This document shows, in pieces, positions 19,629 through 28,371 of a DNA stretch of 59,692 nt. Every line of letters starts with the position of its first letter. Position 1 is the first letter of the stretch. The notes under the pieces were generated by a model, which was not told the origin of the DNA, did not search any database, and saw only the letters and a program-made list of their open reading frames with translations. The stretch is taken from assembly GCA_035654175.1 (NCBI GenBank), contig DASRXL010000059.1, positions 1 through 59,692 of the forward strand, read 5' to 3'. The translations under genes were made by a program, and so were the position numbers. Source of the stretch: Phycisphaerales bacterium. GTDB lineage: Bacteria; Planctomycetota; Phycisphaerae; Phycisphaerales; UBA1924.

Positions 19629-21797
19629 ATGCAGAGTTCGCCATTCAACATCAAGACAGTCAAGGACCCTGTTCATGGGATGATCGAACTTCACCCAATC
19701 GAGCAGCTGATCATCGACCGCCCAGACTTTCAACGATTGCGATTTGTCTCCCAGCAGGGACTGGCGCACTACACGTACCCCTCGGACCAACACTCGCGCG
19801 CACCCCACTCGTTCGGCGCGATGCATCTTGCCGGGCGAATGCTCAAGCGAGCACTTGAGAATGCAAGGCTGCCGGTTCTGGAGCGATTCCTCTGGGACGC
19901 CAGAGACCTGATCGCCACCATCGCTCATGCTCACTCGCACAAGGAAGCGAGAGTAATCCATGGCGCGGCGGAATTGATCCACAATGCGGTCGGCTTCAAT
20001 CATCGCCCGTACGCGAGCAATGACCGACTAGGACCTGGGTGGGTACATCCTAAAGGGAAATGGACCCATTTCAATTCCGACCCAGGAACTCCGTTCGATT
20101 ATCAGATGGCTTCCTATGTGATCGCCGTGCTCTGGCAAGCCGTACGGGTTGCATCACTTATCCATGACATCGGACACCTGCCCTACTCCCATACCTTCGA
20201 ACATGCAATTGACGACTTGTGGTTGCGTGCGCGAAGGAAACAGGTGGACGAAGACCCGCCGCGATCATTCGCAGCAGCATTCAACGAGCTGCATACTCGA
20301 TTTGACACGGTCTTTCGCAACCTTTTAAAGCAACTGGACATGCCGCGCCGCGTTGATGATCCGGGCGATTCGCCGCAAGTACAGGCCAAGCCGCGAATAC
20401 CACCTCATGAACAGATTGGAATTCTACTCTGTGACGTGTTTCCGTTCGAATCAGAGCTCCGCACGCCCTCTCAACAGGCGCTTTGGCAAGTAACGACCAC
20501 TATCGGACGCCTCGTATTTGGCTGTAACCCCGAGCTCTACGAGGGAGCCTCGGCCGAGAACTCTCCTCTTCAAACTGGGCGATTCGCAGTGATACAGGCG
20601 CTCCATTCAATCATGTCAGGCGAGCTGGACGCTGATCGGTTGGACTACAGCGTGCGAGACACTGCTACCGCTGCTGCCGGATTCGACTCCATAGATATCG
20701 AGGAGATCGTGGAGAACCTGCAGCTCGTGTCCCTTCCGACCGGAGGCTCGACAGAGGCAAGCAACCCCTATGCGATTGCGGTACGCGCCAAGGCGATTCC
20801 GCAGGTTGAGACTTTTTTCACGCAACGATTCATGGCGTACAGGGCAATCGTCGGGCACCATAATGTAGCGCGCTTTGATGCCATACTTGGCGCTGCGATC
20901 AAAGCCCTGATTGAGTCGTCACAAGATCAAGGCTCTGTCCTTTACCCGCTCTTGCGTGGGAGAGGCTTCGGGGGTTTTTACGACAATGCCTACAAATTCG
21001 GGCCATTTAATCCGGACACATATAGGCGATTCGATGACTGTTGGCTCAGATCTGTGTGTCAGGAGGCTCTTGAGTGTCTTTCCGCGCGAACCGGCGAGCC
21101 GTTGAAACCGCACGATCTGCAGACGCATCTTTTACTAGAGACATTGCTGGAGCGCAAGACCTCTAATCTCCTGTCGTTGTTCAAGAACGAAGGACATCGT
21201 TTAGCGTGGCGAACAGACCTCGTGGATCGGTTAGGGCGTCATGAGTTGTTCGCCAGCGAGGAGTTGGCAAGGGAGCTTGTGGACCGCGTATTTGCCACCG
21301 ACTGGGACGACATTCCCCTACTGATGGATGATGACGGAGGGCTGTTCGATCCCGTCGAGTTTGTGGAAATGAAGCTGCTAGTCGGTGCACGGGAGGTAAC
21401 CGCGAGTAAGGATGCGGAGCGCTCTGTGGTCTTGCCCCTCCTGTCTTTCTGTCGGCCTAGGCTCCTCGACAAACGGCCGATGGATGTGGTGCTGGACATG
21501 GCAGAGACGCTCCCCATCCGACCTGGCCCGGCGCTCGCCGGGCGCGTCGCAATCGCCTGCTCCGCCAGCTCTGACTTGAGCGATGTTCGGGACTTGCCCG
21601 ATGCCTCGCTTACGCTGCGAGGCTTGGCTAGACTTCTGGCTACCTTTCCTCGGCTCAACCTGGCCTTTGTGGGTCGGGCCGTGCGCGATGCCGATAACCC
21701 GAACCGATTGCGCTCGGTTGCCCTGGACGCGGTCGGAGATCTGTGCGTGGCCATGAGGAATCATGAACTCCGAACCGAACGGAGTGCAGTGGCATGA
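19629..21797 (+). CDS. HD-domain phosphohydrolase (SAMHD1/dGTPase-like dNTP triphosphohydrolase family) with long unassigned C-terminal region
   Basis: DPVHGMIELHPIEQLIIDRPDFQRLRFVSQQG, HSRAPHSFG, LIHDIGHLPYSH and DADRLDYSVRD give the H..HD..D metal-binding pattern. Start re-called at MQSSPFN. G+C is visibly lower than in the flanks. Confidence 0.9.
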   Translation: MQSSPFNIKTVKDPVHGMIELHPIEQLIIDRPDFQRLRFVSQQGLAHYTYPSDQHSRAPHSFGAMHLAGRMLKRALENARLPVLERFLWDARDLIATIAHAHSHKEARVIHGAAELIHNAVGFNHRPYASNDRLGPGWVHPKGKWTHFNSDPGTPFDYQMASYVIAVLWQAVRVASLIHDIGHLPYSHTFEHAIDDLWLRARRKQVDEDPPRSFAAAFNELHTRFDTVFRNLLKQLDMPRRVDDPGDSPQVQAKPRIPPHEQIGILLCDVFPFESELRTPSQQALWQVTTTIGRLVFGCNPELYEGASAENSPLQTGRFAVIQALHSIMSGELDADRLDYSVRDTATAAAGFDSIDIEEIVENLQLVSLPTGGSTEASNPYAIAVRAKAIPQVETFFTQRFMAYRAIVGHHNVARFDAILGAAIKALIESSQDQGSVLYPLLRGRGFGGFYDNAYKFGPFNPDTYRRFDDCWLRSVCQEALECLSARTGEPLKPHDLQTHLLLETLLERKTSNLLSLFKNEGHRLAWRTDLVDRLGRHELFASEELARELVDRVFATDWDDIPLLMDDDGGLFDPVEFVEMKLLVGAREVTASKDAERSVVLPLLSFCRPRLLDKRPMDVVLDMAETLPIRPGPALAGRVAIACSASSDLSDVRDLPDASLTLRGLARLLATFPRLNLAFVGRAVRDADNPNRLRSVALDAVGDLCVAMRNHELRTERSAVA

Positions 21798-22081
21798 CAC
21801 CAACAGCCGAATCAAAAGGTGTGCTCACTCTCCGGGACAGCGAGCTTGCTCGTGCTCTTCGTTTGATCAGAGAGCAGGAGGGATTGACTGCGCATGAGCT
21901 GGCAGTTCGCGCTATGACGAAGGGTCGTTGCCTCCAGCTCCGCCAGGGTTCCTCGGAGCAAGAGTACCTTGCGAATCTCAAGCGAGCTGGCTACGTTCGT
22001 AGTGACGATGGCATGCGGTACTTCTTAACCGCGCAGGGGCAATCACTGCTTGAGCGTCTGGAATCCCAGGCTGATCGCTGA
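21794..22081 (+). CDS. Small winged-helix-like protein coupled to the HD gene
   Basis: Its ATG overlaps the HD gene stop (ATGA at 21794-21797). LTAHELAVRAM...EYLANLKRAGYVRSDDGMRYFLTAQG resembles an HTH plus wing. The family is not recognised. Confidence 0.6.
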   Translation: MTPTAESKGVLTLRDSELARALRLIREQEGLTAHELAVRAMTKGRCLQLRQGSSEQEYLANLKRAGYVRSDDGMRYFLTAQGQSLLERLESQADR

Positions 22082-22869
22082 ACTGAGTCAGTCCAGAAGA
22101 GAGCTGCCGAAGGTTAGGCAGATAGCCCAAGCGCGCTAGTCGCTCCGCATGCCTCGGCTCTAGCCGGTAACTGTTGCGGACCGCTCGCGCGAGGTGCGGA
22201 AGATCTGCGCAAACCGCGTCAGCCCTGAGCCGTTCGGCTCCGAGCATCGGATTCTTCGTGGCAAGCTCCAGCACCTGGATGGGCACACGGAGTGCCGGCT
22301 CACTGCCCTCCTCCGGGTCCGCCCAGTACGCGAGTGCGCCGTTGTAGTCGGGCCGCATCTGGGCGCTGCCGGTCGTGACGCCGACCGCCACCACGCCAGG
22401 AGCACAGCGCCGCCTGCTACCGCGGTTGCGCCACAGGTACACCGTCTGTCCAGGAGCGAACTTCGAGGCGCACCTGGTCGCCGGCCACAGGATGTCCCGG
22501 GTCGTGACGAGGTAGCTGTCAAGGTCGAACCTGTCGGGGCTGCGCTGGAGCAGCCAGGCTAACGGTGGGGTAGTAGACGCAGCGGGCGTCGCCCGTTCCG
22601 GATGTCTGGCTCGCACCTCGACGCCGAGCGCCTTGAGGAACCCGGCCGCACGGTCCGGCCGTAGCCCGCCGGGCACCTCGTGCGGCATCGGCTCCCGCCC
22701 CGTCACCCGCCGGGGCGGCCACCCCGACCAACGCCTTGGAGTCGTAGATGTTGCCGTTGAGCACGGCGACGTACTTGCTCGGCACGCGGACCGCCGGGCG
22801 CTCGCCGGCGTCCCACTGAGCGGCGGCTTCCAGAACATGGTCGAGGGTGATGCCGTCGGGGATGGACAT
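21978..22869 (-). pseudogene. Frameshifted McrA-like N-terminal head domain + EVE (PUA-like) domain protein
   Basis: Frame A gives MSIPDGITLDHVLEAAAQWD...KYVAVLNGNIYDSKALVGVAA. It continues in another frame as ...VPGGLRPDRAAGFLKALGVEV, then EVE-like DRFDLDSYL...GQTVYLWRNRG...GVVAVGVTTG. The shift lies near 22690-22725, at C/G runs. Confidence 0.6.
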
Positions 22870-22964
22870 AGCGCGATAGCGTGCAGGGGCTGGCTCACAG
22901 CATACATGAGGTCCGCGCTTCTGGCGGCGAGCCCCTTCAGATACACTGATGTCGAAGCGCCGCC

Positions 22965-23690
22965 ATGCATATCCGTAACTCCATCTCGCGGCTCTATCGC
23001 CAGTGGCGCGAGGCGGGAAGAATCCACCGACGGCGCATGGTCCTGCTGTTGTCGGTGATGGCACCCAGGACCATCGGGGGCGGATTGCTCCACCTCATGG
23101 ATGGTGCTCCCTCCTGGGTCGCGTCGCTGCTGTCGGTGGGATGGATTGTCCCGGTGTGGCTTCTCATCTCCCTGTCGGAGCGGACCATCCGCAGATCCGT
23201 CAACGAGCGGGATAGCGCAGTGTGCTGGCAATGCTGGTATCCGCTTGGGGGCGCGAACAGTCGCTGCTGTCCAGAGTGCGGGTCGCCTTTCGAGGCGTCA
23301 GAGCTTCGGGAGCGCTGGCGGCTCGTTGTCTGGCTCGGGGACAGGACTGCGCACCGCGTCCTGCGGGCGCTCATGATGGTCGGCATCGCTGTTCTGTCGT
23401 TGTGGCTCCTGGCGGCGGTGTTCCTCGGGCTCGGCCCGAATCTCGGCCTTCCGTTCGGGTACTACGGGAAGCTCAGCCGCGTCGTCTCCCGGCTTGAGTC
23501 GATCCCCGGGGTAGAGGTCGTGGACGTTGCCACGAACCATGACGTGACTCTTGAGGACTTCCTCGTCGTCGTGTCCATCCACGGCACGCGCCGTGCATCC
23601 ATTGAGTTCCCCGATGCGGACGCGCCGGTGCTGCTGCGCATCGTGCACGACTGGAAGGCCAGAGAGGTTTTTGGGGATGTCGCGGAATAG
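22965..23690 (+). CDS. Membrane protein with zinc-ribbon-like CxxC..CxxC motif
   Basis: CWQCWYPLGGANSRCCPECG sits between hydrophobic helices (WVASLLSVGWIVPVWLLISL, MMVGIAVLSLWLLAAVFLGL). The start is uncertain. Confidence 0.5.
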   Translation: MHIRNSISRLYRQWREAGRIHRRRMVLLLSVMAPRTIGGGLLHLMDGAPSWVASLLSVGWIVPVWLLISLSERTIRRSVNERDSAVCWQCWYPLGGANSRCCPECGSPFEASELRERWRLVVWLGDRTAHRVLRALMMVGIAVLSLWLLAAVFLGLGPNLGLPFGYYGKLSRVVSRLESIPGVEVVDVATNHDVTLEDFLVVVSIHGTRRASIEFPDADAPVLLRIVHDWKAREVFGDVAE

Positions 23691-23849
23691 CGAGTGCGCG
23701 CGTATGCATCGGCGTGCACTCCCCTGCGCATGATGCTGCACTCGTCGTCAGTGCGCGCTCGCAGCCGAGCACACACGGATGATGATTTGCGCTCGTTGTT
23801 GCGTTAGAATGTGAGCGCACGGAGCGATTCGAGCCACGGAGGGCCCACC

Positions 23850-24333
23850 ATGCACATCGCGTTCAGGCCCATCGACGACATCAAGCCCTACGACAAGAAC
23901 CCCCGCGTCAACGACGACGCGGTGGACTCGGTTGCTCGCTCGCTCCAGGAGTTTGGGTGGAGGCAGCCGGTCGTCGTGGATGGGACAGGGCCATCATCAT
24001 CGGCCACACGCGGTGGAAAGCGGCCCGCAAGCTCGGGATGGAGCAGGTGCCGGTGCACGTTACCGAAGGCCTCAGTCCAGAGCAGGCCCGCGCCTACCGC
24101 ATCGCCGACAACCAGGCGGCGAGCATCGCGGAGTGGACTACGAGTTGCTGCCGATCGAGATGGCCCAGCTGAAGGATCTGGGCCTCGACCCCTTCATCCA
24201 CAGCTTCGACGACGAGGAGCTGACCAAGCTCACGGCGTCAGCCGGCTGCCCAGCACCGCTCCACACGCTCCTGGCTCGACGGCGCTCTGGTCCTGCTCTG
24301 GGAGGCGGAGCCCGACCGGCTCTCACGGGCTAG
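23850..24333 (+). pseudogene. ParB-like N-terminal (nuclease/partition) domain gene with two frameshifts and a lost C-terminal part
   Basis: IKPYDKNPRVNDDAVDSVARSLQEFGWRQPVVVD in one frame. RAIIIGHTRWKAARKLGMEQVPVHV...ARAYRIADNQAASIAEW in a second. DYELLPIEMAQLKDLGLDPF in a third. Shifts lie near 23982 and 24135, at G runs. An RBS GGAGGG precedes the ATG. Confidence 0.6.
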
Positions 24334-24425
24334 GCCACCTTCCGCGACGGCCCGCCCGTCGGAACCGCGGGCAAGCACGCTGTTCCGAAGTCGTGGGAGG
24401 GAAGGGCGCGCAGGCGCAGTGGGCC

Positions 24426-25151
24426 TTAGGGAGACCCGGGTACCCGGCTGCGAGACTCCGGCGGGTAGAGCACGATGCTGCTTCGCCCGGTGGACTCCGA
24501 CGGCCTCACACGTGCGAACTCCGTTCCCGCGGACAACCCGATCGCCATCCCGTGGCACAGCGCGCACAAGCCTGTCTCAAGGATGGCCAGGAGCACGGGC
24601 CGGGAGCTGAAGGCCGGTACAACCGCGCCGCTCACAACCGCCACGCTCTGACGCTCCCACCTCGTGGGCGACCCGCAGTAAGGGCAGTCGCACTCGAGAC
24701 CGCCAAAGCCGCCGAGCAATTCGTACGCCCGCCAGAGGGATCGCTCGGGGAGCTCATCCAGTGCATGCGCCATTTCGCAGCTCTCCGCCCCCGTGGTGCC
24801 TGCATACCCGAGATGGCTTCGACCGTCGGCGGGTGCATGAACGGGCGTGGCTCCCGCCTGCGCACCGTTCGCACCCCGTCTCGCCGTCTCGCCGGGAGCC
24901 ATCCCGATCGCGTGCCGGCGCGCCAGCTCGCGGAGCGCCGCCCTCAGGGCCGCCTCGTAGCCGCCGCCAACCTTCGCGTAGAGACGCTTCGCCGTGCGGG
25001 CACTCAGTGCTCCCCTGCACTGTCCGCAGAGCGGTTGGCCCGCCGCCTTCTCGCCGGCGCACGCCGGACACACGGCGGAATCGCGCGACTCGATCAGGCT
25101 TAGGCGGTACTCCTGCTCCGGCTCACCTATGGATCGGGGAAGCTCCGGCAT
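24426..25151 (-). CDS. Cys-rich hypothetical protein (two zinc-ribbon-like motifs)
   Basis: Start re-called at MPELPRS; its ATG overlaps the upstream TAA (TAATG). CPACAGEKAAGQPLCGQC and CDCPYCGS motifs. No family recognised. Confidence 0.5.
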   Translation of the reverse strand: MPELPRSIGEPEQEYRLSLIESRDSAVCPACAGEKAAGQPLCGQCRGALSARTAKRLYAKVGGGYEAALRAALRELARRHAIGMAPGETARRGANGAQAGATPVHAPADGRSHLGYAGTTGAESCEMAHALDELPERSLWRAYELLGGFGGLECDCPYCGSPTRWERQSVAVVSGAVVPAFSSRPVLLAILETGLCALCHGMAIGLSAGTEFARVRPSESTGRSSIVLYPPESRSRVPGSP

Positions 25152-26959
25152 TAAGCAGCCTCCTTCTGCGCGCCGGCGGCACCCTCCTCTGCTGCGCAAA
25201 GACGGTTGAGCGTCCGGAGCAACTGCGCGAACGTGACCGGCAGCGGGAGCCCGACAGACTGCCGATCCCGGGCGATCTCCCCCGGAAGCGCGAGCTCACC
25301 GGTCGGGGAGATGACCAGAAGGGGCAGCCGGGCTCCGCCGGCCGCCTCCTCCAGCTCGCGCAACCTGCTCGCCGCGGGCACGGACTCTGCCGGCGAGGCA
25401 AGGTGCACAACCGACACGTTGGGCGCGGCGTTCGCATCGCGGAGCCGGTCGAGCGCAACCCCGACCGCGTCGACCCCCGGTCTGAGCGAGGCGAACAGCG
25501 GGTTGATCGGAGTGATGAGGCGGCCGCGGTGCCGCTCGCGCACCGGCGTCCACGGCTGCGAATGGCCCACCATGAGCAGGGAGAACTTGACGTCGTCGGT
25601 CTCCTTCTCGGCGCGTTCAAGCGCACCCTGGAGGTCCTCGCCGCGGAGGTTCAGCAGCTGCGCGAGGGCTTCGGTGGGGTAGAGCGTGTCGTTCCCGCTC
25701 GAGCCGATCATGGCTGCGTGCGCCAGCCTGTTCGAGAGGGCGAGTATGGCGGACTCCGCCAGTTGTTTCTTGGCGTGCTCACGCAGGTTCGAGGCCGAGA
25801 GGTGGTGCGAGGCCAGCGGCACGACCAGGTCCTTCGGAAAGCTCCACATGAGCAGGAGCCGGTCCATGATGTCGGCGTGGTTCAAGAGCAGCAGCCGGGC
25901 CTCGACCAGCTCGAGCGGCAGGTCCAGCCGCTCCGCAACCTCAAGCACGTGCGCGTACTCGGGCGCGAAGTGCTCCGCCAACACCATGCGTCCCAGGTCA
26001 TGGAGGAGCCCGAGCGTGAAGGCGCGGTCGGGGTCGAGCTCGCCCGTCAGGCGGCCGATCTCGGCCGCGAGCAGCCCGCACGCGATTGAGTGCTCCCAAA
26101 AATGCATGAAGTTGAACCTGTTCGAGATCATCACGCCCGAGAAGGAGTCGATCAGCTCCAGGTTGAGGACGAGGTCCCGGATGTTCTTGGTCCCGATCCG
26201 GAGCACAGCGTCGCGCACGCTTGTCACAGGGTCGCCCCGCTCGAACAGGGTCGAGTTGGCCAGCCGCAGGACCTTGAGCGCGACGCTCTGGTCGCGGGCG
26301 ATCACCTTGGCGATCGCGTCGAGCGAGGTCGCGGGATTCGCCGTGAGCCTGGTGATCTGCGTCACGGTGGGCGACATGGCTTTGACCTCGGAGATCTCCC
26401 GGATCCGCTCCAGGATCGCGGAGCGCGTGACCACCGGGCGAAGTTCTCGAAGCGACGCGGCCCCATTGTTCACCGCATGCCCCGTGGCGGGACCGCGCGC
26501 CTCGGGCTTCTCCTCGTGTCCCGGAGGCGGTGCCGCCGCCTGTGCGCTCCGGACGGCCGGGCGTCCCATCCCCTTTTCGCGCCTTCGGCATGCGCTGCCG
26601 GCGAACGCGGCCGCCCAGCGGCTCGGATCCAGCGACCGCTTGAGCAGGAATCCGTCCGCGCCCGCCTGCACCGCCGCGAGCACTTCCTCGCGGCCGGCAC
26701 TCTCCGTGAGCACGATCCCCGAGATCTTGCGGCCGTCGGCGCGGAGCTGCGACACCAGTTGAACCACCGAGAGCCCACCCTCATCCGGCAGCTTCCACTC
26801 GGTGACGACCATGTCGATCTTGCCGGAGGCGATGCGTTCCGCCGCTTCCGCGGCCGTGCCCGCCTCGACGGTGCTCTGCCCCGATATACCGAGCAGCGTC
26901 ACGAGCAAGCGACGATACGATTCGTTGGGCTCCACAACGAGGACGTTCAACGGAACCAC
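25151..26959 (-). CDS. Response-regulator receiver + HDOD domain signalling protein
   Basis: REC (LVVEPN...DMVVTEWKLPD...GFLLKR). HDOD (MSPTVTQITRL...LKVLRLANSTLF...HSIACGLLA...GLLHDLGR). A C-terminal region of about 200 aa is unassigned. Confidence 0.85.
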   Translation of the reverse strand: MVPLNVLVVEPNESYRRLLVTLLGISGQSTVEAGTAAEAAERIASGKIDMVVTEWKLPDEGGLSVVQLVSQLRADGRKISGIVLTESAGREEVLAAVQAGADGFLLKRSLDPSRWAAAFAGSACRRREKGMGRPAVRSAQAAAPPPGHEEKPEARGPATGHAVNNGAASLRELRPVVTRSAILERIREISEVKAMSPTVTQITRLTANPATSLDAIAKVIARDQSVALKVLRLANSTLFERGDPVTSVRDAVLRIGTKNIRDLVLNLELIDSFSGVMISNRFNFMHFWEHSIACGLLAAEIGRLTGELDPDRAFTLGLLHDLGRMVLAEHFAPEYAHVLEVAERLDLPLELVEARLLLLNHADIMDRLLLMWSFPKDLVVPLASHHLSASNLREHAKKQLAESAILALSNRLAHAAMIGSSGNDTLYPTEALAQLLNLRGEDLQGALERAEKETDDVKFSLLMVGHSQPWTPVRERHRGRLITPINPLFASLRPGVDAVGVALDRLRDANAAPNVSVVHLASPAESVPAASRLRELEEAAGGARLPLLVISPTGELALPGEIARDRQSVGLPLPVTFAQLLRTLNRLCAAEEGAAGAQKEAA

Positions 26960-27241
26960 TCCTTTCCAAGAGGAAGGCGTTCAACAGCAAGCGGCCGAAC
27001 GTGTGGTCTCGATGGGGCGAACTGCCCTGGACACGATCCATCGGGGATTCGTCCATCTTCACCCCGGCAGTTGAATGAATCCGTCAGATGGTCGTTGCGC
27101 GCGCACAAGGCGCGCAAGCGTTGTGGACGACGCCACAACATTGTGGTACATGTGCCCGATCCGGCGCATCACTGCGTAGTTCGCCAGCCCGCGGATCCCT
27201 GGGAGGTGGAGCCTGCCGCGAAACGATGGCGCCGCCGTGGA

Positions 27242-27523
27242 TCAGGTGTCGGCGAGGCTGGCATCTGCGAGGCACGGGCCAACTTCGAGAGCCCCGGACA
27301 GATCGAGCGGCGCTCCCGCTATCACGGGGCCAAGGGCCACTGGGTTCTCGATGCGTGGATTGAGACGTGGCTCGCGCCCTGGTTCGCGGATTGGTGACTC
27401 GACGACCTTCGCCGTCCGCGGTGCCCGCTTCGTGCCATGCACGGCGATCCTGACGAGTACGGCACCCTCCTGCACCCGCGGCGGCTCGCCGGGCCCGCGG
27501 CCGCACCGCATTGTCGTGTTCAA
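27242..27523 (-). CDS. Possible small ORF, function unknown
   Basis: Third-position G+C is higher in this frame than in the overlapping plus-strand frame. No recognisable motifs; TTG or ATG start. Confidence 0.3.
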   Translation of the reverse strand: MNTTMRCGRGPGEPPRVQEGAVLVRIAVHGTKRAPRTAKVVESPIREPGREPRLNPRIENPVALGPVIAGAPLDLSGALEVGPCLADASLADT

Positions 27524-27753
27524 GGACTGCGGAAAGGTTCGGCATCGGCAAGCACAAGTGTGTCGAGGGACATTCTTCCTAGCTGTCGCACTTGCGCGGC
27601 AAACCGGCCGCGATCCAGATGACGATGTGGCGGATCACACCCGCAGCCTACAGGCGACCCCTTGAAGGCGATAGGGGTCTGTTGGAGTCTGGAGTGTCTC
27701 GCACATCGCCCAGCATGGCGCACGAGCAGACTTGCCAGCCCATGTGCGTCAAC

Positions 27754-28350
27754 TCACCCCCCAATAGGCTCCATCGCCGGCTCCGCAAGGCCTACGCCAC
27801 TCGCCGCCAGCGAGCCCCGGAACGGCTGGCTCAGGCGCGCGTACACCGCTCCCGGCAGGTCCACCGTCCCCCAGCGCGGGCTCCGCACCCGCATCGCGGC
27901 CGCGTACTCGCGCACGCCGACGGCCCGCAGCGCGTACCACCTGCCCCGGTGCTCGACGATCTCCTCGAAGAGCCCGTCGGCCGGCAGCGCGTCGTGCCAG
28001 TACATGAAGAGGAAGACCGCCCGGAACTCCGGCCCGAAGAGCCCCTCCCAGGCCAGCATCGAGCTCACGTCGTCGGCCGCGACCCACGACTCCAGCCGGC
28101 GCGCGCTCGCCCCGTCCCGGCGCACCGGCACCCGCCGGCCCTTGATCTCCACCAGCAGGTTGAGCCCGGCGCCGTAGACGACGAAGTCGAAGGATTTCAG
28201 GCTGGCCTCCGGGCGCGCCTCGCCCCACGCGGGCTCGGGGAGGCGCGGCAGGAGCGCCTTCTTGGCCTCGTTCACCGCGACGTACGGGATGCGCTCGGCG
28301 CGCAGGAAGGCCTCGAACGCCTGTTCATAGTGGTGGCGGCGCTGGGCCAT
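27754..28350 (-). CDS. HYExAFE-type protein with PD-(D/E)XK-like motif (intact copy)
   Basis: Begins MAQRRHHYEQAFEAFLRAERIPY. FDFVVYGAGLNLLVEIKGR fits a D...ExK nuclease-fold core. Paralogous to the remnant at 18851..19330. Confidence 0.8.
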   Translation of the reverse strand: MAQRRHHYEQAFEAFLRAERIPYVAVNEAKKALLPRLPEPAWGEARPEASLKSFDFVVYGAGLNLLVEIKGRRVPVRRDGASARRLESWVAADDVSSMLAWEGLFGPEFRAVFLFMYWHDALPADGLFEEIVEHRGRWYALRAVGVREYAAAMRVRSPRWGTVDLPGAVYARLSQPFRGSLAASGVGLAEPAMEPIGG

Positions 28351-28371
28351 GCCCCCATCCTAACACAATCC

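Noticed and set aside
23811-25103. The 430-aa ORF treated as a real protein.
   Set aside because: Only its first roughly 45 residues after the internal ATG match a ParB-like domain, which then continues in other frames. The rest is low-complexity and antisense to the 24426..25151 gene.
27095-27139. Two adjacent perfect hairpins (TTGCGCGC/GCGCGCAA and GTTGTGG/CCACAAC) upstream of the REC-HDOD gene, considered as a functional riboswitch or operator.
   Set aside because: The stems are real, but there is no U-tract, no known motif and no second copy in the window. The evidence is too weak to assign a function.
27242-27523. A PilZ-domain assignment for the small ORF.
   Set aside because: The apparent RxxxR and DxSxxG-like strings do not have the required spacing or the terminal Gly. 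The ORF is kept only as a low-confidence hypothetical.
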